Assembly: GCA_034780895.1 (NCBI GenBank)
Contig: JAUZTB010000107.1
Coordinates: 89,344,999 to 89,408,959 of the forward strand
Reading direction: 5' to 3'
DNA from: Rhynchobatus australiae
Taxonomy: Eukaryota
DNA length: 63,961 bases
Shown: piece by piece, positions 12,374-25,980 of the stretch
Numbering within the stretch: the first letter of the stretch is position 1
Layout of the letters: each line of letters starts with the position of its first letter
Program-made: the position numbers and the translations under genes
The notes under the pieces: model-generated
Databases searched by the model: none
The model's input: only the letters and a program-made list of their open reading frames with translations
What the model was told of the DNA's origin: nothing

Positions 12374-13958
12374 GTAAGTGAAACACTCCGAATATATGAT
12401 TTCAAATTAAAATGGTGGTGGTGGTACTGAATTTTGAAGGTAACTTCCTTCAAAGGAAGTTCAAGCCTCCAGCAGAAGTTCCTCTTTACAATTTCCTTGG
12501 ACACTGGCTGGACCAATCTGCTTCTGTTGATCCATTTACAACTTATTTAAATCCCTTTATTCTTGACTAAAAGATCTGAGCCCAGCCAGCATCTTGCAAC
12601 TACTAGACCACTTTTCTGGACATGCCCTTTATTTAAGCTCTCTATTTAGGCCCCTTGAATCCCAGAACATTGCTGGTATTAGTCAAAATTACTAGTGGCA
12701 TCCCTGTGATTGTGACACTGACCACTTCATTAGTCTCTCTAGTCTCCTCCATTCCCCACCTACATTTACAGTTCCACCTAGTTCCACTTTAAATGTTCGC
12801 AGCATAGCTCCACCATTCACCATCTCCCCAACGTGATTTACAACAATTACTTGCCAATGGTTTACTGCACAAAGGGCAGAAACTTCCCAAAACTGACTCT
12901 AATCTATGTTTTTATCTGTATATGGCTTGTTCTAATAGCATGGCTGAAACATCAAAGTTGTGCCAACAACTCCAAGGAATAAAAGTGTGGTTCTTGTCCA
13001 GCAAACTACTATATTCTTTATGAGCGAAAATGAAAGTACGGTGTGTGGAAGATAATTGGCCAAGATTATGTAGTTAAAAGCAATAGTAAGATTTGTCACT
13101 CTCTATTAGTACGGAGTAAATCAGGTAGCAGCCTTTGCCATTGGCACTAAAGCACTTAAAGGTGAAATAAGGAAGCTCAAATTGTCCTACACTTTTAGAA
13201 GCTTTGCTATCCTGTTATCTTGTTGAGAGAGGTGACACTGAAACACACACAATAGAGTAGAGGCCTGACATATGCCCATAAACACACCAGATAAAACTGG
13301 GTCTTATCCATTCTAGTGTACATGTCTTTTTAACAGTACTATTAATCACATTCAAACATTACAATAACCCTAACTAGCTCTTAAAATTATTTTTTATTCA
13401 TGGNNNNNNNNNNNNNNNNNNNNNNNNNNNNNNNNNNNNNNNNNNNNNNNNNNNNNNNNNNNNNNNNNNNNNNNNNNNNNNNNNNNNNNNNNNNNNNNNN
13501 NNNNNNNNNNNNNNNNNNNNNNNNNNNNNNNNNNNNNNNNNNNNNNNNNNNNNNNNNNNNNNNNNNNNNNNNNNNNNNNNNNNNNNNNNNNNNNNNNNNN
13601 NNNNNNNNNNNNNNNNNNNNNNNNNNNNNNNNNNNNNNNNNNNNNNNNNNNNNNNNNNNNNNNNNNNNNNNNNNNNNNNNNNNNNNNNNNNNNNNNNNNN
13701 NNNNNNNNNNNNNNNNNNNNNNNNNNNNNNNNNNNNNTAGGCTTTCTTTATGTCACAATTATGTCTATTAATCCAACACAGTCAATGTCTTGTGCCATTT
13801 GCCATCAGTTACAAAATCCAAAGGAGAATCTGATTTTTATCCAATTTAAAAGCCATGTTTAACATTAAAATTATTATCAATGTGATATGATTTGCCAAAC
13901 ATTAAATAAATAGTTTAATTTCAAATCCAAATGTGCTAACTGTTTTTAATTTCTTTAG

Positions 13959-14129
13959 CTTGAGCAATAATAATCTCTCAACTGGAAGCTGGGAGGAATT
14001 GGCCTCTGTGCTCATGACAAACCAAACATTGCGAGAGCTGAATGTGAGCAACAATAGAGTGGGTGAAGCAGGACTGCGAATATTGTCTACTGCACTGAAA
14101 GATTCACGCTGCAAATTACAAAAATTGGG
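13959..14129 (+). CDS. NLR gene, LRR exon 2 (171 bp)
   Basis: LSNNNLSTGSWEELASVLMTNQTLRELNVSNNRVGEAGLRILSTALKDSRCKLQKL. Phase 2/2. Confidence 0.92.
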
Positions 14130-16029
14130 GTATGTCCTTATTATGAGTGATCATCACAAATATTCAGTTATTACTCTGTGGCAACTTTACTATATGAATC
14201 AACCAAGTGCAGCCACTGTGCACTCAATTGTATGGGTACAACAAGAAAGAAAAATTGGACAAGGACTCCTAATAGATATGTCCATTGCCAGTACTACAAT
14301 TAGTTGATGGCTGACCTAATGAGGGCAGGGATTCTTGATATTACTTAAAGATCTCTTGCTCTCTTAAAAGGGTGAGGGTTTCCTCTACTGGCAAGCAAAG
14401 AATATTGCAGGAGAGGAGACATGGTAGTCAAATGGGCATAGCAAGTTCCCACAAACTGCTGTGCGATAATGAGTAGATAATATGGTTTTAGTTATGTGCA
14501 TGAAAGATAAATATTAGTCAGTGCAAACTTCTCTGCTCTTCTTCATATGGTACCTTGGGATTGTTTCTATCCACAGGAGATAGTGAATAGGGCCTTTAGC
14601 ATCACAACCAAAATCAGCAAATCCATTCCCTCAGTATTGCATAAAAAAGTCAACCTCAATTTTTGTGCTTACATCTCTGAGTGGAACTTGTTTCCACAAA
14701 ACCACTGACTCAGGCAAGGGTGCTAGCTGCTGAGCCATGCGTGAGGAATCCTATCTCTGCAGCACACTTCACCTTCAGCTGGGCTTGAAGCCACTTATGC
14801 ACCAGCTACTCTATTGACAACCATTTTCTTCTCATTTACAACCTTTGAACTCACCAGCAACACTATTCTACAGTATCTTGACTTTCACATGTCTGAAACA
14901 CCTCACTAAGATATCACTAAAACTCTCTCTTCTTGCTTGTAGGGGCAGCTCAATGTTAATAAAAGGTACTAGATGAGAAGAGAGAAACAAACCTCCACAG
15001 CACACTCCTAAACTGAGGAGGGCATTGTGGAGATCACTGGATTGAACCATGCCTGAGACATCCTGTGGATTCATAGAATCATGCAGCAGAGAAATGGGCC
15101 TCTTTGGCCCACCTCATCCATATCAACCTTGATGCCTTTCTATGCTAATCCCATTTACCTTTATTAGGCTCTTTCACAGTATCTATCTCCACCTTTCCTA
15201 TTTAAGATTCTCCCTAAATCTCTTCTAACCTCTGTAATTGTACCTGCCTCTACCGTCACCTCCAGCAGTTCGTTCCAGACAACCACCACTCTCTGAAAAA
15301 CTTACCTCACAGACTCTTGGCTCTTTTACACTCATTCCCTTTACTCTGAAACTTCAACTTCAAACTCTGTGCCTTACACAGGGCAGCTGCTGTTAGCTGT
15401 TAATTAACCGTGGCTGCTAGGGAAAAAAATAAAACCGCGGACACTGGAAATCTGAAATAAAAACACTCAGCTGGTCAGGCAGCACCTGTGGAAAGAGAAA
15501 CAGAGTTAATGTTTCAAGTCAAAGACCCTTGGTCAGAACGTTTTGAACAAGGATCTTCAACCTGAAATGTTAGCCTGTCTCTGCTCATCCTGTTCTTCTC
15601 TTCCCTTTTCAGGTAAAGTAAATGTAAACGTCCAAGGAGCTGAGAGTAGGTAAAGCTGTAATGAAGAAGCAGCATCATATGATTCTGGACTAACAATATC
15701 ATCTTAGTGTACCACACATTCTATGCAGGGTGGTGCAGCATTGAGATGTGGCCGCTGAAGTGTAGGAAGGTGGGAATGGGAATATGAGCCACCCTGGTGG
15801 ACGTACAGTCCATATCCTAGACATGTTTCAGAAAGCCCAGATGAGAGCTGATACTGTTGTCACCTGAAATAAATCTGTGCTGTGGAGGCATCATACTTTT
15901 TAAGATATGTTATCTTTATTAGTCACATGTACATCGAAACACACAGTGAAATGCATCTTTTGCATAGAGTGTTTCTGGGGGCAGCCGGCATGTATCACCA
16001 CACTTCTGGTGTCAACACAGCAGGCCCAC

Positions 16030-16200
16030 AACTTCCTAACCCATACGTCTTTGGAATGTGGGAAGAAACTGGAGCACCTGGAGGAAACCCATGCAGACAC
16101 GGGGAGAACATATAAACTCCTTACAGACAGTGGCCAGAAATGAACCCGTGTCACTGGCACTGTAAAGCATTATGCTAACTGCTACACTACAGTGCCTGCC
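16030..16200 (-). mobile_element. V-SINE/HE1-like SINE
   Basis: Reverse complement of the core GTTCTCCCCGTGTCTGCATGGGTTTCCTCCAGGTGCTCCAGTTTCTTCCCACA. Confidence 0.7.
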
Positions 16201-16561
16201 CTTTGCCAATACTGCCACAGACAATACTATGTGTGCCCTCATAACACATTTATCACTCATCTGAGACATCATACTGGTTAAGTCTGCAATGCTGTTCGCC
16301 TGTGAGCTGCCTATTGTACCGCTCAGCTCACTTGCTGAATGGTGATTAGGCCTGAACCCAGTAGCAGGTATGCCTTAGAATTCATCAGCCAAGTGATGTT
16401 CCCATACTCCAAAAATTTGGGCAGATCTGAATTTCAAAGTATGGTTTGCTTAGCATCATTATAATTCTCTGCTTTGGTATCACAGAGTACATTAATTAAT
16501 TGAATTAATACAAAAATGCCAGCAATTAATAATTGTTCCATAATTAACTTGTTGTACTTAG

Positions 16562-16678
16562 GCTGAACAATACTTCTACATTTGATTTTGGAATGATGGG
16601 CTCTTACCTAGAGGAAACTGGAGTGGAAGTACTTTGTGATGTGCTAAGAAATGCCAACTGCACATTGAAGAGTTTGGA
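16562..16678 (+). CDS. NLR gene, atypical 117-bp LRR exon
   Basis: LNNTSTFDFGMMGSYLEETGVEVLCDVLRNANCTLKSL. Acceptor ttgtacttag, donor GA|GTAAGT, phase 2/2. Confidence 0.75.
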
Positions 16679-17057
16679 GTAAGTTGGAAATATACATCAT
16701 TTGTTGACGCAGCTTAATCTTACTGATCCCCACTAAGCAGTTTCAAAAAGAGGCTTGTGGCTTAGACAGCATTGAAACCCATCAATGTTGTTCTCCACAT
16801 ATTTGTAACTTCATTCTACTGCCTTCATATCCATGACGGCAGTCTCAACATGAATGCCCGTAACATGTTATATAATGTTGAACAGCATTATCAATCAATA
16901 TCACTTGATCAGGTGCATATGCACAAGCAAATATTGTGAATTAAAATAATTTCTAGAATGTTATTACCAGAAATATTCCAATCATTGCCAATTTTCAGTA
17001 TGCATTTTAATTTTCTTGTTTGCATATTTAAAACTTATTTCTTTTTCTGATGTAAAG

Positions 17058-17228
17058 GTTGGCCAGCAATTGCTTGACACAGAAAAACTATGAAGAACTT
17101 ACTTCTGCCATCAGAATCAATCACACACTTACCCATCTGGATCTCAGTTCCAATGTTATTCAAGATACAGGCATAAATGTATTGTCTATGGCATTGATGG
17201 ACCCAAGCTGCTCAATACAATCATTGCG
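17058..17228 (+). CDS. NLR gene, LRR exon (171 bp)
   Basis: LASNCLTQKNYEELTSAIRINHTLTHLDLSSNVIQDTGINVLSMALMDPSCSIQSL. Donor CG|GTAAGT. Confidence 0.9.
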
Positions 17229-17312
17229 GTAAGTAAAGATTTAGAAGGCATTAATTGCCAGTGTTATAATTATTATAGGCATTAATTACCAATACTGTAG
17301 TGATAGCTATTA

Positions 17313-17531
17313 TTGGTCCTCCCCAGGTTATGGCAGGGTTCTGTTCCTGTGAACTGTTCATAACTGGACAGTTTGCAAGTTGGAAATGTGTCTGTGAACT
17401 GAGTTCCCTGGTGGCAGATGATCCCTACAGCCCCTCAGTACCTGACAAATCCATCCTGCTGGTCTCCTGAATGTTCATTTGTATGGACAGGCCGTACATA
17501 AGTTGGGTGTTCGTAACATGGGGAGGACCTG
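17313..17531. mobile_element. Tc1/mariner (Tigger-like) MITE
   Basis: Terminal inverted repeats GGTCCTCCCCAGGTTA ... TAACATGGGGAGGACC. Confidence 0.55.
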
Positions 17532-17904
17532 CACTTCACAGTGATTGCAGTGACTTTGATGCAGTATGTGTGGCAGTACAGTCCTATATATTGATGCATT
17601 AGCATTGAGTAGTGAAGCATTTTGTTGATTACAGACCCATTGGAGGGTGGTTACATGGTAAAGGGCACACAAGAAAAACAGAAACAACAACTACGCTGTG
17701 TATTTTTACTGGTCTAATATGTCTCACCATAGAGGTAGAACAGCGATGAGCCACAGCTTGAGAGATTGTGTGCCCGTCCTTCTAAAGGAATGTGGAAGTT
17801 TTTTTTAAGGAAGCAGGAATAAGATGTTCCAAGGCCAAGTGACTTGAGAAGAAAATGAATTTTTAGAATCTTGTCGATGATGTAGCTGAAGGGAATACCA
17901 GCAC

Positions 17905-18442
17905 TGGAACACACTACAGAGAGGAGGTGGAGCAACTGGCCTTGTGGTGCAGCAACAACAACCTCTCCCTGAATGTGGAGAAGACTAAGGAGGTGATAGT
18001 GGACTTCAGAAAGGGTCGCCGTCTGCACGCCCCGCTGACCATCAACGGGTCTGTAGTGGAACAAGACAGCAGCACCAGGTTCCTGGGGGTGCACATCGCT
18101 GACGACCTGAACTGGTCCATCAATACCACAGCCCTCATTAAGANNNNNNNNNNNNNNNNNNNNNNNNNNNNNNNNNNNNNNNNNNNNNNNNNNNNNNNNN
18201 NNNNNNNNNNNNNNNNNNNNNNNNNNNNNNNNNNNNNNNNNNNGTAGGTTCATTTTAAGCTGTTTTTTTTATTCAAGTCTCTTTTAATGCAGGTCCAATG
18301 TTGTTAATGTCTTTCTGTCTTTGTGTCTCTAATTGTCTTTAATGTGATCAGCACCTTGATCTGTGGAGTACAGTATTTCGCTCCCATGCATGTTGTAAGT
18401 GTATATGGAAGTGACAATACACTGATTCTGATTCTGATTCTG
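17905..18442 (+). mobile_element. Rex1/Babar-type LINE 3' fragment
   Basis: EVEQLALWCSNNNLSLNVEKTKEVIVDFRK...FLGVHIADDLNWS, followed by a (GATTCT)n tail. Confidence 0.8.
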
Positions 18443-18959
18443 GTACAATAAAGGGTGAGGTCACATTCAAAACACCAAAGTCAAGCCAAAGGTTGTGCAC
18501 TGAGAACTGGTACTGCACACCAAATGGATTGAGAAACTTCCCAAAGAAACTCTTTTTTGGTGCTTCCTTGCTTGATTTATGCCAAAGAGATTATTCATGC
18601 TCATCAGAATTTAGAGCTGTCAGACACACCTAAAAGAAGGCGGAAGTTGTTTTCTCCCTGGGGCAAGTTGTTAGTTTAGGCATGGAGAAAGTTTCAAATG
18701 TAATGTAGTGGAAGTTAAACAGTAATTTGAAATAAAGGATTGAACTCATGTTTATTAAGCTGCAAGACAAACAGATTTTGGGAATGATCAAGAGNNNNNN
18801 NNNNNNNNNNNNNNNGTGTGCGTATGAAGACAAATTGGAGATGATGAATGGAAAGACCAGCATGAATACATGGGAATAATTGAGTATTGAGGCAATAAAA
18901 TTGTGGATGTGGTTTCAGCAGCAAACTGAGTCAAGGATAAGTAACATTGCACATATAGT

Positions 18960-19650
18960 TCATGGCAATGGATAGGGAGTAGGGATAGGGATAGGGTGAA
19001 CAGCAATGATAGGGTGAACAATGATGAATAGGGTGTGCGGCAATGGACAGAGTGTACAGAAGTAAATAGTGCAATGATGGAGAGGATGTAGAAACAGGGT
19101 ATACAGTAGTGAATATGTCATGCAATGATGGTTAGGATGGAGGAATGGGTGTATGGCACAGAAAAAGAACTGCACTTATGGATGAAGTGTTGAAACAAGG
19201 TGTACATCAACAAATGAGTCTTTCAGCAGTGGATTTGGGGGATAAGATGAATGATAATGAAAAGAATGTACAATCATGTGTTGGGTGCATGAATAACAAT
19301 GGACAGGGCATACAATGATTGATAGGGTCCATAGAGATAGGGTGTACAGTTGATAGGTTGGGTGTAGGGATAGGTTGTCAGACGATGGATATGATTTAGG
19401 ATGGTGATGGATACAGTATAGGGATAAGGTGCACATCAGTGGATTTACTGATGCATAGGGCATAGGCGGAGTGTAAGTGTACAGGAACATATGGGGAGTA
19501 GGGATAGGATATATGATGATAGGTAGACTGTAAGGACTAACTGTTTAGAAATAGACATGTAGAGTATTGAGAAGTGGTGGGGTATAAGAATAGCATGTAT
19601 GGCATTAGTTTAGGGCATTTGGAGTGTCTGGTGATGGATAGGGTACATGG
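18960..19650 (+). repeat. Highly degenerate minisatellite, unit about GATGGATAGGGTGTACA
   Basis: Recurrent GATAGGG/GATGGATAGGGT words and a strong G/A strand skew over about 0.7 kb. Confidence 0.6.
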
Positions 19651-19876
19651 TTTGAAACATGTTCTGAAGTTCATTTTACCATTCTGTATGGTCAGGTTCT
19701 GACTGAATGAGCACCCAAACAAAAAAATGAAGTAAGAGAGAAGAGAGTAGAATTTATAAGACCAGTCAAAGGAGGTGCCTTTAGTTTCATAAATTAACTA
19801 CTAGTTATCAGTAGCTGATATTACATGTATAAACTTTGTTCAGTTTTAGTATATACTTCTGACGTTTTTCTTATAG

Positions 19877-20047
19877 GATTACGGATACAAAACTGACACC
19901 TACTTGTTGTGAGAAACTTGCCACGGTGTTAGTCACAAACCAGACACTCAGAGAACTAGATCTGAGCATGAATAAACTTGGTGATTCAGGTGTGCATGCA
20001 CTATCCACTGCACTGAAGAACCCACACTGCAAACTGGAAACTCTAAG
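19877..20047 (+). CDS. NLR gene, LRR exon (171 bp)
   Basis: ITDTKLTPTCCEKLATVLVTNQTLRELDLSMNKLGDSGVHALSTALKNPHCKLETL. Phase 2/2. Confidence 0.92.
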
Positions 20048-20577
20048 GTATGCATGTATCTGTCATTTCAAGACAAGTTTTATTTCTGTGCTTACAAACA
20101 TCATGAGAAGCCTATGTATACTTGTGAAAAAGTGTCCTGCTAGATTTGTGTGGATGGCTTGCTGTCTGCGTAGCGGGCAACTGCAAGGTGAGGAAATAAC
20201 CAGGCAGTGTTTAACTGATCCTTCCCACCTCTCAGCTGCTTCCACCCGACCCAGTTATGGTTCCACTGGGCAGATAAGGTTAATTCCCCAGATCTAGTGA
20301 ATAAGTGAACTTAACTCAGAATTAAACTCATCTCAGTTTCAAATTCAGTAATGTGATCTTGATTCTTCCACTGGCCTGCTAACTACTGTGAAATCTGCCA
20401 AGCACCCTATACAGTACTTGGGGCATTGGAAGGTCACCTCATCTGATATGATTGGTAGAGATCTAGGTTACTTGGAGTACATTTCAGATATTGACACACA
20501 CAAACCATTGATGTAGATGCCATCTAGAAATAGTTGCCTCGAAGTTTCACCTCATAAAGTGAACATAAAAAATACTT

Positions 20578-20805
20578 TAGAACATAGAACAGTACAGCAC
20601 AATACAGTCCCTTCAGCCCACAATGTTGGGCTGACATTTAAACCTCTCCTAAGACTATCTAACCCCTTCCTCCCACATATCCCTCTATTTTAAAATCCTC
20701 CATATACTTATCTGGTAATCTCTTGAATACGACCAATGTGCCTGCCTCCACCACTGCCCCAGGCAGCGCATTCCATGCCCCAACCACTCTCTGGGTAAAA
20801 AACCT
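20578..20805 (-). mobile_element. CR1 LINE 3' end
   Basis: FFTQRVVGAWNALPGAVVEAGT on the minus strand, plus the (TGTTCTA)n tail. Confidence 0.8.
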
Positions 20806-22794
20806 TGAGACAACATGAATATTCCCATCTCTGGCAGAAGTTCTTCGTTTTTCACAGTAAAGCAAAAAGCCAATGCTGCTCCAAGTCATCAGCAAAACTT
20901 GAACTGAGGTGTCCTTGATGTTTGGTACCTCATTTGGATATCAGTAGACCATCTCTGTGAGTTTCAGCCTCTGCAGTAGATTATTGCTGCAGAGTTCACT
21001 CAGATCTTTGCTCGCATTATGAGGACATGTCTTACCATGACTCAGAGCTACTGAAAGATGGGAACGGAGGCCGGTTCCGATTGTGGGAAATGAAGGATGT
21101 GGGGCCAGACTCAGTCCTTCCTCCACCACATTCTCCTTTCTTCCNNNNNNNNNNNNNNNNNNNNNNNNNNNNNNNNTCATGAAGAGAGACATTAAGGCTA
21201 AGACCCATTTCCCATGATCTCCAGTAATGAAGATGCAGTCACTACCTGTGGGAATTGGGCGCATTGACTTCTTGTGCAGAAAAATGGAGCAAAAAGCACC
21301 ATAACTTTATTAAGATAAATTTCAGCAATATAGTGGCTCTTAGAGAGTTCCCTGGTTGTGTTACAACTAAACACAGCATATATCTACTGCACCAAAATGG
21401 GTAAAATCTACATTTTGCTCCTACTCCATGCTACCCATTTGTATAATAGTTTTCAAAATTAATCTGTTTTTTCAAACTAGTGTTGACCTGGAATCAGAAA
21501 TGGATTTTATTGAGGGATATTTATTTTTCTTTCTACTCAGCCTACAAGCCACATGGCCAATAACTTCTTCTAGGCCAGGTGCAAGTGGACTATGGCTTTT
21601 AGATTGGGAGCAGGGGACACTGTGCCAACAGAACCCCAAGCATTATCAATCCTCTCTACTGAAAATGACCTGGATTGGATAAAGTTTAGAAAATACCTCA
21701 GAAATGTTAAACCAAATAAGTTGCTGGAATTAGTTAGTTCATAATACAAATTTACCAAATTGGAAAATATAACTTTTCCTGATAAGTATTAGAATATGGT
21801 AGATTGTGATTGCAATCTGTTGTAAATCCAAAGCAATCACACAACCAGAATGTTGGGTCATACAATTTCCTACTTAAGTGTTCTTAGAATGTTAATTTGA
21901 CACTAGCAGAGCCAAATTGGAACGCAGTCCTCTCATTAATACGTGTGTCAACGTCACACAGCTGAACACACTTTCAGTTACAGTAAGAGCCCCAACCAAT
22001 GATTGAAGGGATCACGAACTACTTGTAGGTTTGTTGCTGACTGATCTCTATTGGATGTTTCTCCAATTCAACCGGTGTCTGGTGCTTCTAGTTTCGCTAA
22101 AAAGAAAACACAGGAAGCTGAAGAATTTTGTTGTACTTTGAAACTTCTGCATTTGCCAGTTGCTCCCGGGTATGGGTGCTTGAGTAGGCATTCCTCTTTA
22201 TTTTGCTCTTGGAGTTCTCCCTGGGAGAATAAGAAGAGGGTCTACAGAGGAGGACAAGCAGGCAGAGGAAAGGAGAAGAGCTCTCTGCAGTGGGCCACAT
22301 CCATCCAAGTTTATTGGAGAGCATTTCTCCCTCCACAAACATTAGCAAGGAATTAAATGTGAGGTGAATATGCACCATAAAGGGTGCCGACTGAAGTATG
22401 CTTACAATTCCAAGCAAATTCAGAGAAGGCATGGGCTACCGTACAATAACATCTTAATACTCTATNNNNNNNNNNTCTCCAATGGTTCTAGCTTCTCATT
22501 TAGAAAGCACCCTGAACTATTATTTTTTGCTTCAGAGTGGATGACTCAAATTTGCCTACATTGAAATCTGTTTGGCACAGTTTTGCCTCCTTGCTTAATC
22601 TATTGATTTTCTCCATAATTTACTGCTTCCGAACTCACTGCATACAATGCTGCCTATCTTTCTTTATTGCCAAACATTGCTTTCTACCTCATCATCCAAA
22701 CAATTCATAAGTGTGACAAATGCTTGAGTGCCCACACAGCTGGCCACATCAAGCCCGCATCTCCCCATTATTCCTTCTCTGTGTCTCCTGTCCA

Positions 22795-23025
22795 TAGAAC
22801 CAAAGAACAATACAGCACAATACANNNNNNNNNNNNNNNNNNNNNNNNNNNNNNNNNNNNNNNNNNNNNNNNNNNNNNNNNNNNNNNNNNNNNNNNNNNN
22901 NNNNNNNNNNNNNNNNNNNNNNNNCTCCTCATATTCCATACACTCTAATCCAGGCAACATCCTGGTAAATCTCCTCTGCACCCTCTCTAATGCCTCCACG
23001 TCCTTCCTATAATGCGGTGACCAGT
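22795..23025 (-). mobile_element. CR1 LINE fragment with a gap
   Basis: EALERVQRRFTRMLPGLE on the minus strand. Confidence 0.75.
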
Positions 23026-24429
23026 CATTTGCTCAACTTCCTAGCCAGGTTAACAATTGCATGCTACTTGCCTTCAATTCTATGATTCACAAAAGTATAG
23101 AAGCAAAGGAAATTTAAAAACAGAAGAAGGCTATTCAGCTTGAGTCAAAAAACAAGCCACCCAGCCCAAACCCAACCAGCACGAGGTCTGTATCCCTGCA
23201 GATCATGGGTCTTCTAGTGCACACCTAAATATCTTCAAATGCAACATGGAGTTCTCCCTCTGCTGCCTCTTCAGGTAGGTGAGTTGCAGGTGAAAAAATG
23301 TTTTGTTAACTCTCCTTTAACCCCCCAACCAATCAATTTAGAGCTATGACTTCTGGTTTTTGATCCCTCTGCCAAGGGAAATAGGCTCTTTCCCATTTAT
23401 CCCTCTTAATATTATGCACCTTAATTAAATCTCCCCTTAGCCTCCTCTGTTCCAAAGAAAACAACCCTAATTTATTTACTTTTTCCTCATAAACACAATT
23501 TTCAGATCTAGCAACATCCTTCTGAATCTCTGCTCTGTTCTTACCAGTGCAAACACGTGTTTCTTTTAACGTATTGAACTACACCGTAATCAAGCTGTGG
23601 CCTAACTCCTATAAAGTTTTAACATTATTTCTCTGCTGTTATATTCTATGGCCTGGGCAATAAAAGAAAGCATTCCTGTGTTTTTTTAAACAGGTTATTG
23701 AAAGTTTGCTTATGAAACAGAAAACATCTATAGTTACACAGGCAGTCTGTAAAAAGACCAGATGATGGCACCAGAGATGTATCTAATGAGTTCTACAATT
23801 TATTTAAACTTTGATGAACTGAGGAATAATGTAACAGTGTGTGTGGACTTAGTGCATTTGTATGAAATTACTTTTAAATGAAAGAAGCTATTTAATTTAG
23901 AATAAATGAGTTAATGTTTCCAATGAAATGGTAGACAAAATAATTTCAGTGAATGTTGTTACAGAATTATAGTGTGTGCTTCAGACATTCTTTCAGAATA
24001 ATGGCTTTGGTCTCTCTTTCCTGTAGACTGAACACCTTATTTTCAAGAGCATAAGTATTCAATATCTAATTATATGATAGGGTAACCTAGAGGAGTAACA
24101 ATAGGATGCTTTTATTAACTGAACTAGATAGAGAGATCAGCACCACACTGTCTTATTTCTCAGAGTGAATAGGATCGTTGTGGAATTAAAGTACTACTCG
24201 ACGCCCATAATTTTCCAGTCAGCCTTAATTTAGGTACCCAGCACACCTATTGGAGACAGTACAGGATTCTAATAAAAAATACCTGAATGACTGCACCATG
24301 AAATTAGTGGAACCTGGCACCATTTTTGTCAGATTGAGCACTGCTTTCTTAGCTTTATAAATTCACCTATAAATCATGTATGGTATATTGCAGAAATTTC
24401 TCACTTACAGCAATATTTAAAGAAACATT

Positions 24430-24640
24430 TGCCTCCTCACTTCAAATTACTACGAAGTTTAGAAGACAACTTGTTCATATTTCTTAGTTTGATAATGAGT
24501 CTCTGCCATTTTACCTGTATTAGCTGGAGAATCTTGAGGAAGCCATGTCTTGAATGTACCATTGTATTCTGGAGGCGCTTGGCAGTTCTTGTCAATCCAT
24601 GTAAGAGAAAGAGATGAGACTGGTGGGAAAATAACATCAG
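24430..24640 (-). mobile_element. Degenerate RTE-clade LINE C-terminal fragment
   Basis: Minus-strand KRLQNTMVHSRHGFLKILQLIQ...KLRSNLK resembles the end of an RTE ORF. Confidence 0.35.
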
Positions 24641-25164
24641 CAGAAATGGCCTTTCATTTGTAGGACCCTAATGTACAGAACATCAGTGTGAAGCAGCCAT
24701 ACAACGTAGCAAAGTGCTGGAAATTGTCTGAACAATTCTGAGGTTGATTGCTTGCAAGGCAATTGTCCTTTCTGGAAAAAGATCAATTGTATTCAGTTGA
24801 AAAAAAGAAGTCATGGCCCCAAGAAAGGTGTGGGAAAAGTTCATTGAAAGGGTCCTGCAAATGTGAGAGTTCAGTTACATAAGATGATTAGAGAATCTGG
24901 GATTGTTCTTAATGGAATGAAGGTTAAGCAGTCATTTAATGGAGGTGTTCCGAATTATGTAAGTAAGGAGAAACTTACCACTGGCAGGAGGGGCAATAAC
25001 AAAGACATATACACTTAAGAAAATTAGTAAATGAACTAGAGAGGCAAAGGGGAGAATTGTGTTTTTGCAGTATTTTTTTTATTTGGGAAGCACTCCCAAA
25101 AAGATGAGGTAATCATATTCAATAACCTGTTTTGGAGGGAAAGTGGGTGGAAGTGAAGAGGAAA

Positions 25165-25300
25165 CTGTCCTGATGAAGGTCTCAGCCCGAAATGTTGACT
25201 GTTCATTTCCTTCCATAGATGCTGCCTGACCTGCTGAGTTCCTCCAGCATTTTGTGTGTGTTGCTCCAGATTTCCAGCATCTCCAGTCTCTCTTGTGTCT
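25165..25300 (+). mobile_element. Penelope-like terminal repeat fragment with hammerhead core
   Basis: GTC-CTGATGA-AGGTCTCAGCCC-GAAA-TGTT-GAC followed by GATGCTGCCTGACCTGCTGAGTTCCTCCAGCA. Confidence 0.65.
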
Positions 25301-25669
25301 AAGAGCAAACATTTACAAGCCAAAAGGAAAGAGTACAGGAATGGATCTTAGTGGATCACACTCTTAGAGAGATGTCACACCACAATAAGCCAAATAACCT
25401 CACACGGTGCTGCATGTGCCTAAAAATTCATCCTCGATCAGCAGCACTAAATTGAATCAACAATGGCATGAGTGTGTTGTACTCTTGTCTCCGAAATTCA
25501 GTTCTGTTGACTTTGCTGGAATGAATTTCTGAGGGAGAGTTGAATCTATTGTCACAATGTAGCGCGTTTAGGCCTGAAACTGAATTTTATAATGGGCTTT
25601 TGATTCTATGAAGCCTTCATGTCAACATTGGGCTGATTGGAGTTTTCTCCCCTGCCACTAGCAGTGGGT

Positions 25670-25980
25670 GGCATGGTGGCACAGCACTGCTCACAGCTCT
25701 ATTAACCCAAGTTCAATCCTGACTTCAGGTGTTGTCTGGCTGGAGTTTGCAACTTCTCCCCATGACTGTGTGGACTTTCGCTGAGTGCTTCAGTTTCCTC
25801 CCACATCCCAAAGATGAAATGGGTCCTGTAAATTATCCCTTAGTTTGGGGTGTGTGGCCAAAGAATCAAAGGGGCATGTGAAGGAAAATAAGTTGCAGGG
25901 AAGTAAGGAGGAGGTGTGGGGCTGGGAGAGTTGGTCTTTTGGAATCCAGCAGTGGGCCAAATGGCCTCCTTCTATGCCAT
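25670..25980 (+). mobile_element. V-SINE/HE1-like tRNA-derived SINE
   Basis: A-box-like GGTGGCACAG, B-box-like GTTCAATCC, and core GGAGTTTGCA..TTCTCCCC..GTTTCCTCCCACATCCCAAAGA. Confidence 0.7.

Noticed and set aside
21541-21682. Acceptor-like site in the long NLR intron
   Set aside because: No LRR pattern in phase 2 and no suitable donor at the expected distance.
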